A DNA stretch of 64,000 bases, from assembly GCA_963719405.1 (NCBI GenBank), contig OY970381.1, positions 3,454,163 through 3,518,162 of the forward strand. Direction: 5' to 3'. Position 1 is the stretch's first letter. The number at the start of each line of letters is the position of its first letter. This document shows, in pieces, positions 1 through 10,109 of this stretch. The notes beneath the pieces were generated by a model. The model ran no database searches. It had not been told where the DNA came from and worked only from the letters and a program-made list of their open reading frames with translations. A program made the position numbers and the translations under genes. Origin of the DNA: an uncultured Acidobacteriaceae bacterium. Lineage in GTDB: Bacteria; Acidobacteriota; Terriglobia; Terriglobales; Acidobacteriaceae.

Positions 1-468
1 CTCTCACGCATAACGCGTGCGGAGATCACAAGGGAGAATGTAGATCTTTCTGAACTTGCCGAGTCGGTTGCGGCGAACCTCCGCGAAGAGAACCCGGATT
101 GCAATATCACCTTCAACATAGAAGGGCGTCTGGAGGCTGACGGCGATCCCAAGCTCCTTCGTGTCGCACTCGAGAACCTCCTCGGCAACGCCGTCAAGTT
201 CTCATCCAAGAAGGCGGATCCGGTCGTCGAGTTTGGATGGGACGACGCTCACAACGCCTGGTTCGTTCGCGATAATGGCGCCGGCTTTGACATGTATTAC
301 GCGGATAAGCTCTTCAACGCTTTCAACCGGCTGCACGGCGATAAAGACTTCAAGGGCTCTGGAATCGGCCTCGCGACCGTTGCCCGGGTGGTTCGACGGC
401 ATCACGGTCGCATATGGGCCGACAGCACCGTCGATCATGGCGCGACATTTTGGTTTACGTTAGGATAA
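1..468 (+). CDS. Sensor histidine kinase, C-terminal catalytic (HATPase_c) fragment; 5' end outside the window
   Basis: Frame 1 is open from base 1 to TAA at 466-468. It is missing from the ORF track because it has no in-window start. My translation shows N-box LENLLGNAVKF, G1 RDNGAGF and G2 GSGIGLATV. The listed ORF 161..463 is the wrong frame. Confidence 0.85.
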   Translation, partial: LSRITRAEITRENVDLSELAESVAANLREENPDCNITFNIEGRLEADGDPKLLRVALENLLGNAVKFSSKKADPVVEFGWDDAHNAWFVRDNGAGFDMYYADKLFNAFNRLHGDKDFKGSGIGLATVARVVRRHHGRIWADSTVDHGATFWFTLG

Positions 469-473
469 GTCGC

Positions 474-899
474 ATGGCTGAAGCTGGACGTCTTATCCTC
501 CTTGTCGAAGACGACCCGGATCACGAACTCCTTACTATCCGCGCTCTCAAGAAGTCGAACATCGTCAACGATGTCCGCGTGGCTCGGGATGGGGAGGAGG
601 CAATCGAATTCCTATTTGGTCCGAACGCCGTCCGTCCACAGGTAATCCTGCTCGATCTCAAGCTTCCCAAGGTAGATGGTCTCGAGGTTCTCCGTCGCAT
701 ACGCGAGAGCGACACTACGCGTATGCTTCCGGTAGTTGTCCTGACCTCTTCCGATGAAGAGCGCGATGTCGTTCGGAGCTATCAGCTAGGGGTCAACAGT
801 TACATCCGCAAGCCGGTCAACTTCAACGACTTCGCGGAAGCGACAAGACAGCTTGGAATGTACTGGCTGGTGCTGAACGAATGCCCCCCGCAGAGCTAG
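474..899 (+). CDS. Stand-alone response regulator (receiver domain only)
   Basis: MAEAGRLILLVEDDPDHELL...VILLDLKLPKVDG...VVVLTSS...YIRKP is a CheY-like receiver domain. ATG 474 sits 6 nt after the upstream kinase stop, and the longer track ORF (414) overlaps that kinase. Confidence 0.9.
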   Translation: MAEAGRLILLVEDDPDHELLTIRALKKSNIVNDVRVARDGEEAIEFLFGPNAVRPQVILLDLKLPKVDGLEVLRRIRESDTTRMLPVVVLTSSDEERDVVRSYQLGVNSYIRKPVNFNDFAEATRQLGMYWLVLNECPPQS

Positions 900-2425
900 A
901 AGCGAGACCACTGCGCGTTCTCCTCGTCGAAGACAATCCCGACGACGCGTTTCTGCTCGAACGTCATCTTCGCCGCAACGGCTTTATTCCCGCGATCACG
1001 CGAGTGGAGACCTCAGCGGAGATGGCCCTGGCTCTTGGTGGCGAAGACCCGCCAGACGTCGTTCTCGCCGATTACAATCTGCCTAATTTCAGCGGTCCGG
1101 CAGCGCTTCAGGTTCTCCACTCTACGTCGCTGGACATCCCGTTCATCATGCTCTCCGGCGCAGTCTCGGAAGAGATGGCGGTTGAGTCCATGCGGGCGGG
1201 AGCCCATGATTACGTCACGAAACAGAACCTCGCCCGACTTGTTCCCGCTCTCGAACGCGAGCTGAAGGAAGCCTCTGCCCGGGAGAAGAAACTCGCGGCC
1301 GAACAAGCTCTCCGCGCCAGCGAAGCTCGCTTTCATCGTCTTGTCGAAGCCATGCCTCTCGGACTCACCATCTGCGATGCCTCGGGGCTGATCACCTACG
1401 CCAACGGAGCGATCGAGCGGCTCCTCGGATACCTGCCGGGCGAGATCACCTCCGGTAACGTGGTTCTGGGGGCGATCTTTCCAGCCATAACGAACCTCAC
1501 CGCCGGCATCGTCAACGCGGACCCATTTGAAGCGATCTGTATCACCACCTCCGGGCGGTCCGTTGACGTTCTGCTGGGTATCGCCGTTCTCAATCCCGAG
1601 CAGACATCCGAGCAGCGCCAGATCGCCGCCTTCGTCGCGGACCTCACGCTGCAGAAGCAGAGCGAAGAGGTTCTCCGCCGGACGGAGAAGCTGGCGGTTG
1701 CAGGCCGCTTCGCTGCATCCATTGCCCATGAGATTAACAATCCGCTCGAAGCCATTACAAACTGCCTGTACCTTGTCGGCCAGACGGCCCTCACACCTGA
1801 CGGAGTCAACTATCTCGATCTTGCCCAGAAAGAGCTGGATCGCGTAGCGCAGATCACGATGCAGACACTGCGCTTTTATCGGCGTTCCACCCGCCCGGGG
1901 TTCACAGACGTTCACGAACTCATCGACACCGTTCTCGCCATCTTCGATGCACGGCTCCGCAGGGCGCACATCCAGATTGTCCGAAGATTCCGTCCCGTCC
2001 CGGCCGTGTTCGCACACGACGGCGAGATCCGGCAGGTCCTCGCCAACCTGGTTGGCAACGCCATCGATGCTTTGTCCGAGGGCGGCATTATCCATCTGCG
2101 CACTGCGCCCGCTGTCCAACCCGCCTCTGGCGTACCTGGCATCGTGCTTACCGTTGCCGATAACGGCACGGGGATGGAGCCGGCGACGCTGAAGCGGGTC
2201 TTTGAACCCTTCTTCTCCACTAAGGGCATAACCGGAACCGGTCTCGGTCTATGGATTTCGCAGGAGATTGTCCAACGCCACAATGGTTCGGTTCAGGTCC
2301 GCAGCCGCGCGTCCGGAGGTGCCCGGGCGGGGGGCACAGTGTTCCGCGTCTTTATCCCAACCGAGAGCGCACCGTCTCCTCCAGTGCAGGCACCGCATTT
2401 AGCGGCTTATGAGCAAAGCCGATAA
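881..2425 (+). CDS. Hybrid response regulator / PAS / histidine kinase
   Basis: N-terminal receiver (LRVLLVEDNPDD...LADYNLPNFSG), a PAS-like middle region, H-box FAASIAHEINNPLE, and an HATPase region (NLVGNAIDA, DNGTGM, GTGLGLWIS). It overlaps the upstream RR gene by 19 nt. Confidence 0.9.
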   Translation: MPPAELEARPLRVLLVEDNPDDAFLLERHLRRNGFIPAITRVETSAEMALALGGEDPPDVVLADYNLPNFSGPAALQVLHSTSLDIPFIMLSGAVSEEMAVESMRAGAHDYVTKQNLARLVPALERELKEASAREKKLAAEQALRASEARFHRLVEAMPLGLTICDASGLITYANGAIERLLGYLPGEITSGNVVLGAIFPAITNLTAGIVNADPFEAICITTSGRSVDVLLGIAVLNPEQTSEQRQIAAFVADLTLQKQSEEVLRRTEKLAVAGRFAASIAHEINNPLEAITNCLYLVGQTALTPDGVNYLDLAQKELDRVAQITMQTLRFYRRSTRPGFTDVHELIDTVLAIFDARLRRAHIQIVRRFRPVPAVFAHDGEIRQVLANLVGNAIDALSEGGIIHLRTAPAVQPASGVPGIVLTVADNGTGMEPATLKRVFEPFFSTKGITGTGLGLWISQEIVQRHNGSVQVRSRASGGARAGGTVFRVFIPTESAPSPPVQAPHLAAYEQSR

Positions 2426-2532
2426 TGACGCCGAACAGGAGCGCTTCGCGAGATTGATCCATCCGTATTCGCGAATCCTTGATGTCGGCGATTCGACGCT
2501 GCTCTGACTCTAGGTTGAGCGCATTTAAACGA

Positions 2533-2570
2533 AGATCAGCTCCTGCCTGGTGACGGGCAGGAGCTGATCT
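2533..2570. terminator. Bidirectional stem-loop between convergent kinase and gap genes
   Basis: AGATCAGCTCCTGCC (2533-2547) pairs perfectly with GGCAGGAGCTGATCT (2556-2570) across an 8-nt loop. The flanks are moderately T-rich on both strands. Confidence 0.6.
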
Positions 2571-2599
2571 TGTCTTCCAGTTTTACGGAAGGGATCTGG

Positions 2600-3604
<1,005 letters not shown>

Positions 3605-3781
3605 ACTTGCGTTTGCTCCTAACGGTAAGTGCGTGTGTGCTCAGATTCCATTGTAAAGGGGTGAGCGAAGGAAGCGGGGGTTGATGGATGCCGAAGGTGG
3701 TCGGGAGGTCTGCCGGACCTGTTATTAGCCGCTGTGGTCCGGATGTTTGCGGGTGATGTGGGGGGGTGTTACAAGTGAGGG

Positions 3782-4687
3782 ATGCGCGACCTGCGCGAAT
3801 GGATCAGGGAAAAGATGAGACGACGAAGCAGACGTGGACCAAACGAATCGGAGTCCACCGGCAAGATCGGTCAGGAGTTGCCGGCGAACCAGCTGGCTCC
3901 GTTGAGGCCTTCCTACCCCGATCCCGTGCCAGCGCGGGTTGCCGAACCGGAGGCGACTTCGGTGAGCGAGACGCCGCTGGCGGGAAGCGGAACGGCCTCG
4001 GTGCTGAATGCGGGTGACCGGGAGCAGGCGCCGGCAAACGAAGCTCCCCCCAAGGAGCCTGTTGCTCAGGAGCCTGCGCCTGAGAGGAAGATCGAAGTAG
4101 AGACGCAGCCGGAGAGCCTGGGTACACCGCCAGCGGAGCTGACGGCGGCGAAGTCTCCAAAGGGATATGTGGTGCTTGCGATCGGTTTGCCCGGCTCGGG
4201 TAAGACCACATGGTACAAGCGCCGTGGTGTGACTCCGCTCTCAAGTGACCTGCTGCGAACCCTGCTGTTCGACGACATCACCGACCAGCGGTACCAAGGC
4301 CTGGTCTTCTCCACGCTGCGGAGCCTTTTGCGGGCGCGACTGATCGCGAAGATGCCCTGGAACTACGTGGATGCGACGAATTTGAGCCCACACGAACGTC
4401 GCCAATGGATCAAGATGGCGAAGAGCTTCGGGTACGAGGTGCAGGCGGTGTTCTTCGATGTGCCGCTGGCGGTCTGTATGGAACGGAACTCGAAGCGGGA
4501 TCGTGTGGTGACGGACGAGGTGATGCAGAAGATGGCGGAGAGGCTGCGGCCTCCGACCTTCAAGGAAGGCTTCGACAAGATCACGGTGGTGCGGGTGAAG
4601 GGCGCTCCAGGAACGGAGCCGGCAGCTGGTCTGCCGGACGCGAGCGCTGCTGCGATTCTACCGAGCGATGGACCGGGCGACGAGTAG
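3782..4687 (+). CDS. P-loop kinase-like ATP-binding protein (AAA_33 / polynucleotide-kinase-like) with a long Pro/Glu/Ala-rich N-terminal region
   Basis: Walker A GLPGSGKTT is followed by a roughly 150-aa kinase-like core. The first roughly 115 aa are low complexity, so the true start is uncertain. Confidence 0.7.
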   Translation: MRDLREWIREKMRRRSRRGPNESESTGKIGQELPANQLAPLRPSYPDPVPARVAEPEATSVSETPLAGSGTASVLNAGDREQAPANEAPPKEPVAQEPAPERKIEVETQPESLGTPPAELTAAKSPKGYVVLAIGLPGSGKTTWYKRRGVTPLSSDLLRTLLFDDITDQRYQGLVFSTLRSLLRARLIAKMPWNYVDATNLSPHERRQWIKMAKSFGYEVQAVFFDVPLAVCMERNSKRDRVVTDEVMQKMAERLRPPTFKEGFDKITVVRVKGAPGTEPAAGLPDASAAAILPSDGPGDE

Positions 4688-4713
4688 GGCCTGCTGCGGT
4701 TTAGGGTTGGACG

Positions 4714-5493
4714 GTGAGCAGTATGGCTAATGCCGGGGTCGTCTTTTCGGAGGTGCGATTCCGGTTGCCGGACGGGCGGGAGCTGCTGCGCGGAGTGTCT
4801 CTTGAGATAGGCAAGGGAACGACTACCGCACTGCTGGGCAGAAGCGGGTCTGGAAAGACGACGCTGCTGCGAACGGTAAATGCTTTGGTGCTTCCGAGCT
4901 CGGGTGAGGTGCGCGTGGCGGGCAGGCGCAGCGGTGGGGGGGACCTGGTGGGTCTTAGACGGAGCATTGGCTATGTGATCCAGGAGACTGGCCTGTTTCC
5001 GCATATGACGATTGATCGCAATGTGGGACTGGCACTGGAGCTGGCGGGGCAGAGCAGGGGTGAGCGACGGGGGCGGGTCGATGAGCTGCTGGCTCTGGTT
5101 GGTCTGGACGCGGAGGAGTTTCGGGAGCGGTATCCATGGCAGCTCTCGGGCGGGCAACGGCAGCGGGTCGGGCTGGCGAGGGCGCTGGCGACGGATCCTG
5201 AGGTGTTGTTGATGGACGAGCCATTCGGGGCGCTCGATCCGATCACGCGGGCGGAGATGCAGACGATGCTGCGGGAGCTGTTGCGGCGGGTCCAGAAGAC
5301 GGTGTTGATTGTGACGCACGATCTCGATGAGGCGCTCTTCCTGGCGGAGAGAGTTGTGTTTTTCGCGGAGGGGAAGGTCGCGGCCGATATCGCGGCTGCT
5401 GAGGTGGGGCGCAGCGAGATCCCGGCGGTGCAGGAGTATGTGCGGGCTGTACACCGGAGCGGCGGTGTTGGTGGGCCGGTGAGTGTGGCGTGA
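4714..5493 (+). CDS. ABC transporter ATP-binding protein (osmoprotectant/glycine-betaine type)
   Basis: Walker A GRSGSGKTT, signature LSGGQRQRV, Walker B LLMDEPFGALD. It overlaps the permease gene by 4 nt. Confidence 0.9.
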   Translation: MSSMANAGVVFSEVRFRLPDGRELLRGVSLEIGKGTTTALLGRSGSGKTTLLRTVNALVLPSSGEVRVAGRRSGGGDLVGLRRSIGYVIQETGLFPHMTIDRNVGLALELAGQSRGERRGRVDELLALVGLDAEEFRERYPWQLSGGQRQRVGLARALATDPEVLLMDEPFGALDPITRAEMQTMLRELLRRVQKTVLIVTHDLDEALFLAERVVFFAEGKVAADIAAAEVGRSEIPAVQEYVRAVHRSGGVGGPVSVA

Positions 5494-6122
5494 CTGAATT
5501 TCTGCACAGGCACGGATGGGAGATCGTGCGGCTGACCTTTGAACACCTGTGGCTGACTGGTTTTGCGATGCTGCTGGCGGCGGCGATTGCGCTGCCGATG
5601 GGTGTTTTGCTGACCAGAAGGCGCGCGCTGGCGAAGCCGGTGATTGCGTTTGCAAACGTGGTGCAGGTGGTGCCGAGCCTGGCGCTGTTCGGGTTGCTGC
5701 TTCCGGTGCCCTGGCTGGGAGAGAACGCGGCACGATTGTCCATACTGGCTCTGACGGGGTACGCGCTTTTGCCGATTCTGCGGAATACGTACGCGGGGAT
5801 CGGGAGTGTGGATCCGGCGCTGCGCGATGTGGCGGACGCGCTGGGAATGACGGGGTGGCAGCGGCTGTGGAAGGTAGAGTTGCCGCTGGCCGCGAGTGTG
5901 ATTCTGGCCGGACTGCGCACGGCGACAGTGACGTGCGTGGGTGTGGCAACGATTGCGGCGGCTATCGGAGCGGGTGGGCTTGGGGAGCTGATCTTTCGAG
6001 GCGTAGCTTCCGTTGACAATGGACTGGTGCTCGCGGGCGCAGTTCCGGCAGCTTTGTTGGCCCTGGTGGCAGATGGCGGACTGGGGCTGCTGGAGAGGCG
6101 GTTTGCGGTGCGGGAGCGGTAA
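5490..6122 (+). CDS. ABC transporter permease (OpuCB/OsmW-like)
   Basis: 210-aa polytopic protein with a BPD_transp_1-like EAA region (ALGMTGWQRLWKVELPLA). It lies in an operon with the ATPase. Confidence 0.9.
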   Translation: MTEFLHRHGWEIVRLTFEHLWLTGFAMLLAAAIALPMGVLLTRRRALAKPVIAFANVVQVVPSLALFGLLLPVPWLGENAARLSILALTGYALLPILRNTYAGIGSVDPALRDVADALGMTGWQRLWKVELPLAASVILAGLRTATVTCVGVATIAAAIGAGGLGELIFRGVASVDNGLVLAGAVPAALLALVADGGLGLLERRFAVRER

Positions 6123-6300
6123 TGGTGGATCTGGCCAAGAAAAGGATGCTGTTTCGGGCGCATGGGCCGGCGGTGCGGAGCTATGTGAGAGGCGCACCGC
6201 GAACGCGACGGGTTGCGGAGGTGCGCTTCGGCGAAGCTCTGATGGCGACCGGGGATTTGGAAGTTGGTGCGAGATCGTTCTTCGACATGGAGCTGGAGTG

Positions 6301-7203
6301 ATGTGGGCTCGGGAGAACCGGAGGCGTTCCGTGGGGCCGACGCTGGTTCTGGTCGCGCTCGCGGCGCTTGCAGGGTGTGCACCACCGCGTGGATCGCGGA
6401 TCACGATTGGCGCAAAGAACTTCACGGAGCAGGTGATTGCGGGGGAGCTGCTGGCGCAGGAGATCGAGGCGGTCGGGCACCGGCGTGTGGAGAGGAGGTT
6501 CTATCTGGCGGGGAGCTATATCTGCCAGCAGGCGCTGGTGGGTGGGCGCATTGATGCCTATGTGGAGTACACGGGAACGGCGTTGACCGCGATTCTGAAG
6601 CAGCCTGTGGACCGGAATGCAGCTCGGGTGCTGGCCAGGGTTCGCGACTTATATGCGAGCCGGTATCAGGTCCGGGTAGAGGCTCCGCTGGGGTTTGAGG
6701 ATACGTTTGCGATGGTGGTGCGAGGGAGCGACGCGCGAAGGCTGAACCTGCGCACGTTGAGTGACGCTGTACCGGATGCGGCGGGTTGGAGGCTGGGCGT
6801 CGGGTATGAGTTTGAGGAGAGACCGGACGGTCTGCGGGGAATGACGGCGGCATATGGTTTGAAGTTCGCAGGGTCTCCGCGGGTGATGGACCTGGGTCTG
6901 CTCTACCGGTCGCTATCGGCCGGGCAGGTGGACATCGTTGCGGGAAACTCGACGGACGGGCCGATCCAGGCGCTGGGCTTTGCCGTACTGGCGGATGACC
7001 GTCACTACTTTCCTCCGTACGAGGCGGTGCCGCTGGTACGGGAGCAGTCGCTGAGGACGCATCCTGAGATTCAAGTCGCGATGGATCGACTGGCAGGCAA
7101 GGTCAGCGCAGAGGAGATGCGGTCGATGAACGAGGCGGTGGATGGGCAGCACAGGGATGCCGCGGATGTGGTGAGGGAGTTTCGGGCGAAGAATGACCTT
7201 TGA
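6301..7203 (+). CDS. Glycine-betaine-family substrate-binding lipoprotein (OpuBC/OsmF-like)
   Basis: Starting at ATG 6301 gives a signal peptide with lipobox LAGC, then ITIGAKNFTEQVIAGELLAQ...IDAYVEYTGT, typical of the family. The track ORF start at 6013 overlaps the permease and is Trp/Gly/Cys-rich. Confidence 0.85.
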   Translation: MWARENRRRSVGPTLVLVALAALAGCAPPRGSRITIGAKNFTEQVIAGELLAQEIEAVGHRRVERRFYLAGSYICQQALVGGRIDAYVEYTGTALTAILKQPVDRNAARVLARVRDLYASRYQVRVEAPLGFEDTFAMVVRGSDARRLNLRTLSDAVPDAAGWRLGVGYEFEERPDGLRGMTAAYGLKFAGSPRVMDLGLLYRSLSAGQVDIVAGNSTDGPIQALGFAVLADDRHYFPPYEAVPLVREQSLRTHPEIQVAMDRLAGKVSAEEMRSMNEAVDGQHRDAADVVREFRAKNDL

Positions 7204-7239
7204 GGTTGAGCTGCCGGAGCTTAGAAGAGGAGGTTCGAG

Positions 7240-7764
7240 ATGAGTGTGGAGCCTTGGCTTCGGGGTACGTTGACCGAGGTGGATGCGGTGCGGCGACAGG
7301 TGCTGCACGCGCTGGAGCTGGGGGGCGAGGATGTAGAGACGTGGTGCAGCGAGCTGGGGGATGAGGGTATGCATGCCCGGCCGTTTGATCTACCGTCGGT
7401 CGCTTACCAGATGCGGCATATGGCGCGGTCACTCGACCGGCTGCTTACGTATGCGGAGGGCCGGCCGCTTTCGGACGGGCAGATTGCAGCACTTGCAGGG
7501 GAGATGAATGAACCGGGCACGGTTGCGGAGCTGTTTGCCGAGTTCCGCACGGGCCTGGAGGAGGCACGGCGGCGGGTACTGGCGTTTTCCGCGCAGAGCT
7601 ATGAGGTGAAGCGAGGTGTGGGAAGGAAGATGCTGCCGACCACCGTGGGTGGACTGCTGGTGCACTGCGCGGAGCATACGCAAAGGCATGTGGGCCAAGC
7701 GGTGACTACGGCGAAGATCGTGGCGATGATGCGGTTGCAATCAAGCAGCGGCGACGAAGTGTGA
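7240..7764 (+). CDS. DinB-superfamily protein
   Basis: 174 aa with a four-helix-bundle-type pattern and His motifs (QMRHMARSLDRLL, LLVHCAEHTQRHVGQ). Confidence 0.75.
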   Translation: MSVEPWLRGTLTEVDAVRRQVLHALELGGEDVETWCSELGDEGMHARPFDLPSVAYQMRHMARSLDRLLTYAEGRPLSDGQIAALAGEMNEPGTVAELFAEFRTGLEEARRRVLAFSAQSYEVKRGVGRKMLPTTVGGLLVHCAEHTQRHVGQAVTTAKIVAMMRLQSSSGDEV

Positions 7765-7886
7765 TGATGGGCGGATTTCAGACGTGGTGGGCTGATGGAG
7801 ATCAGGCCTGCCGTGAGAGCGGTGGTGCGGGGTACGGGCGGCGTGTTGGTTGAAAAGGGGATGTACGTGATTGTGCCGTGCTGGCT

Positions 7887-8525
7887 TTAGCTGACGAGAT
7901 GCCCCATCTTTTCGCGCTTCGTTTCGAGATAGCGGGCATTCTCGTCTGACTCGGGTACAAGTGCGGAGATCCTTTCGACCACCTGGATGCCTGCCTGCTC
8001 TAGGGCATCTACCTTTTCAGGGTTGTTGGTGATGAGGCGCACAGCGGAGACGCCAAGTTGCTTGAGCATCTCGGCGGGAAGCTCGAAGACTCGGCAGTCG
8101 GCCTTGTAGCCGAGTTCGAGGTTGGCCTCGATTGTATCCATGCCTTGATCCTGTAGTTCGTAGGCGCGGAGCTTCGCCATTAGGCCGATGCCCCGGCCCT
8201 CCTGCTGCTCGTAGAGGAGGATCCCGGCGCCGGCATCGGAGATGGTGGCGAGCGCGAGCTCGAGCTGCTGTCGACAATCGCACCGAAGAGAGTGGAAGAC
8301 GTCTCCCGTGAGGCACTGCGAGTGGATGCGAACGATGGGAGGCGCGGCGTGGATGTCGCCCATGACGAGGGCAACGGCGGACTCGACACGGCGGACGGGA
8401 GCCGGGATGGCCTCGTTGCAGGGCTCGGGATTGTCGATGACGCCTTCGAAGCCGAGAATTCGAAACTGGCCCCAGCGTGTCGGAAAGCTGGCATCGGCGA
8501 CTTTGGTGACGCTGGTGAAGGGCAT
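7887..8525 (-). CDS. ribA: GTP cyclohydrolase II
   Basis: RIHSQCLTGDVFHSLRCDCRQQL (Zn-binding Cys triad), YEQQEGRGIGL, and ANLELGYKADCR. Confidence 0.9.
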   Translation of the reverse strand: MPFTSVTKVADASFPTRWGQFRILGFEGVIDNPEPCNEAIPAPVRRVESAVALVMGDIHAAPPIVRIHSQCLTGDVFHSLRCDCRQQLELALATISDAGAGILLYEQQEGRGIGLMAKLRAYELQDQGMDTIEANLELGYKADCRVFELPAEMLKQLGVSAVRLITNNPEKVDALEQAGIQVVERISALVPESDENARYLETKREKMGHLVS

Positions 8526-8699
8526 AGCTGGATTATATGATTCACCGTTCGTCGGAAGGGTTCGGATGGAGGACGCTGTGAGTGGGAGGGAAGAATCGAG
8601 GTCCGATTTGTAGGCGACGATACAGGTTGCGGGCTCGGCGGCGGCGAACGGAATCGGGGCGCCCGTTCCGGAGAGCTTTGGGCGGCGTAGACTCGTGGG

Positions 8700-10109
8700 G
8701 TGACGCAGCCTGATCCCAAGCTGATCTTCATAACGCTGCTGGTGGAGCTGGGAGTGGCGGCGGCCTTCTCGAGTTCGCTGGCGCGATCGAAGACATTCAA
8801 GAACCTCCTGCTCAAGCCGTTCCGGAGCCCTGGCGAGACGGTCGGTTTGCTGGCGATGATCTGCGTTCCGATGACGCTGGGAGTTTGGATACGGGTTTCC
8901 GTGCCGAACTTCCTGGCGGCGGATCTCTCGTTTGAGACGACGATCCTGCTGGGTATCCTGGTTGGTCCGCTGGCCGCGATGTGCGGCGGAGCGGTATTGG
9001 CGATACCGGCGCTACTGCACCATGAGTTCTGGGCTCTACCGGTGAATCTGATCGTGGCCGGCGTGGCGAGCATGTTTGGGCGGTTTGCGGACGTCGAGGA
9101 CGTGTGGTCTTTTTCGCCGATGATCGACCTGAGTATCTACCGGTGGGTGACCCGCAACCTGAGGCGACCGCATCTCGACCGGCAGATCCTGCTTCTGGTG
9201 CTTATTACAGCGATGCAGTTCGGGACAAGTTCTCTTGCCAAGCTTTACCCTCGACGGCTGTTTGAGCTGCGTTCCGACTCGTGGCTGGTGGAGCTCGCCA
9301 TATGCGCGTGTGCGCCGGTTGTGGTCGGGATTCCGCTGAAGATCTGGAATGCGATTCGAATCGAACGGAAGCTTGAGGAACAGGGACGGCTGTTGCTCGA
9401 AGCGCGGCTGGATGCGCTGCAGCGTCAGATCAACCCGCACTTCCTGTTCAACACCTTGAACTCGATCACATCGCTGATTCGATCGAAGCCGGAGCTGGCG
9501 CGCGAGATGATCGGGAAGCTCGCGAGCATTCTGCGGGTGCTGCTGAAGGACAGGGATGCCTTTGTGCCGTTCCGAGACGAGCTGGAGTTTACGGACGACT
9601 ACCTGGCGATCGAGGTGGTGCGGTTCGGAGACAAGTTGCGGGTGGTGAAGCAGATCTCTGAGGAGACGCTGGGGATTGTCGTGCCGAGCATGCTGTTGCA
9701 GCCGCTGATCGAGAACAGCATCAAGCACGGTTTGGAGCCGAGGATCAGCGGCGGCACGGTGACGCTGCGGAGCCGCATTACACCCGAAGGCCAGTTGATG
9801 CTGGAGGTGGAGGACGACGGTGTGGGGATGCCGCCGGACATGGCTCCAGACCGGGATTCGGCGCTGGCGACGAGTGGACTGGTGCGATCGGGTACGGGAA
9901 TTGGTATGCGCAACGTGCGTGAGCGCATGAAGGTTTTGTATGGCGATCTGGCTTCGGTCGAGATCAATAGCCGACCGGGCCGGGGCACCCAGGTGCGGCT
10001 GCTGATGCCGGTGCTGGAGACGGGCGCCAAGACATGGTCGAGCTCCTCAAACGGCGGCGCTGCCGGTTATGCGGGTGTTGCTGCCGCGCGAGCGATGACG
10101 CGCTCGTAG
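8700..10109 (+). CDS. LytS/YehU-family sensor histidine kinase
   Basis: Multi-TM N-terminus, His_kinase motif INPHFLFNTLNSI, and an HATPase region (LIENSIKHG, EDDGVGM, GTGIGMRNV). It has a GTG start and no adjacent LytTR regulator. Its 3' end overlaps convergent bshA by 43 nt. Confidence 0.85.
   Translation: MTQPDPKLIFITLLVELGVAAAFSSSLARSKTFKNLLLKPFRSPGETVGLLAMICVPMTLGVWIRVSVPNFLAADLSFETTILLGILVGPLAAMCGGAVLAIPALLHHEFWALPVNLIVAGVASMFGRFADVEDVWSFSPMIDLSIYRWVTRNLRRPHLDRQILLLVLITAMQFGTSSLAKLYPRRLFELRSDSWLVELAICACAPVVVGIPLKIWNAIRIERKLEEQGRLLLEARLDALQRQINPHFLFNTLNSITSLIRSKPELAREMIGKLASILRVLLKDRDAFVPFRDELEFTDDYLAIEVVRFGDKLRVVKQISEETLGIVVPSMLLQPLIENSIKHGLEPRISGGTVTLRSRITPEGQLMLEVEDDGVGMPPDMAPDRDSALATSGLVRSGTGIGMRNVRERMKVLYGDLASVEINSRPGRGTQVRLLMPVLETGAKTWSSSSNGGAAGYAGVAAARAMTRS

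Noticed and set aside
161-463. Track ORF of 100 aa at the window start
   Set aside because: It is in the wrong frame. Frame 1 across the same bases encodes canonical HATPase N, G1 and G2 boxes.
1013-2119. 368-aa minus-strand ORF opposite the hybrid kinase
   Set aside because: It is antisense to a gene with clear REC/PAS/HisKA/HATPase motifs, and I recognise no motif of its own.
6013-6300. N-terminal 96 codons of the substrate-binding protein ORF
   Set aside because: They overlap the permease gene and are Trp/Gly/Cys-rich. ATG 6301 gives a proper lipoprotein signal peptide.
4363-6425. Very long minus-strand ORFs (528, 484 and 380 aa) covering the ABC transporter operon
   Set aside because: They are extremely Pro/Arg/Ser/Ala-rich with no recognisable domains. 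They lie antisense to three well-supported, motif-bearing genes. These are classic shadow ORFs of GC-rich DNA.
8526-8699. Possible FMN riboswitch upstream of ribA
   Set aside because: The minus strand has short resemblances (GATTCCG..GCCG..GAGCCCGC), but I could not find the conserved RFN core (the GGATG / AGTCCGGATG and CAGCAGATC-type segments) or the five-stem architecture. It should still be checked with Infernal.
8180-9073. 297-aa minus-strand ORF spanning ribA and the start of the LytS kinase
   Set aside because: It overlaps two convincing genes on both strands, including an out-of-frame overlap with ribA, and has low-complexity Ser/Pro/Ala composition.
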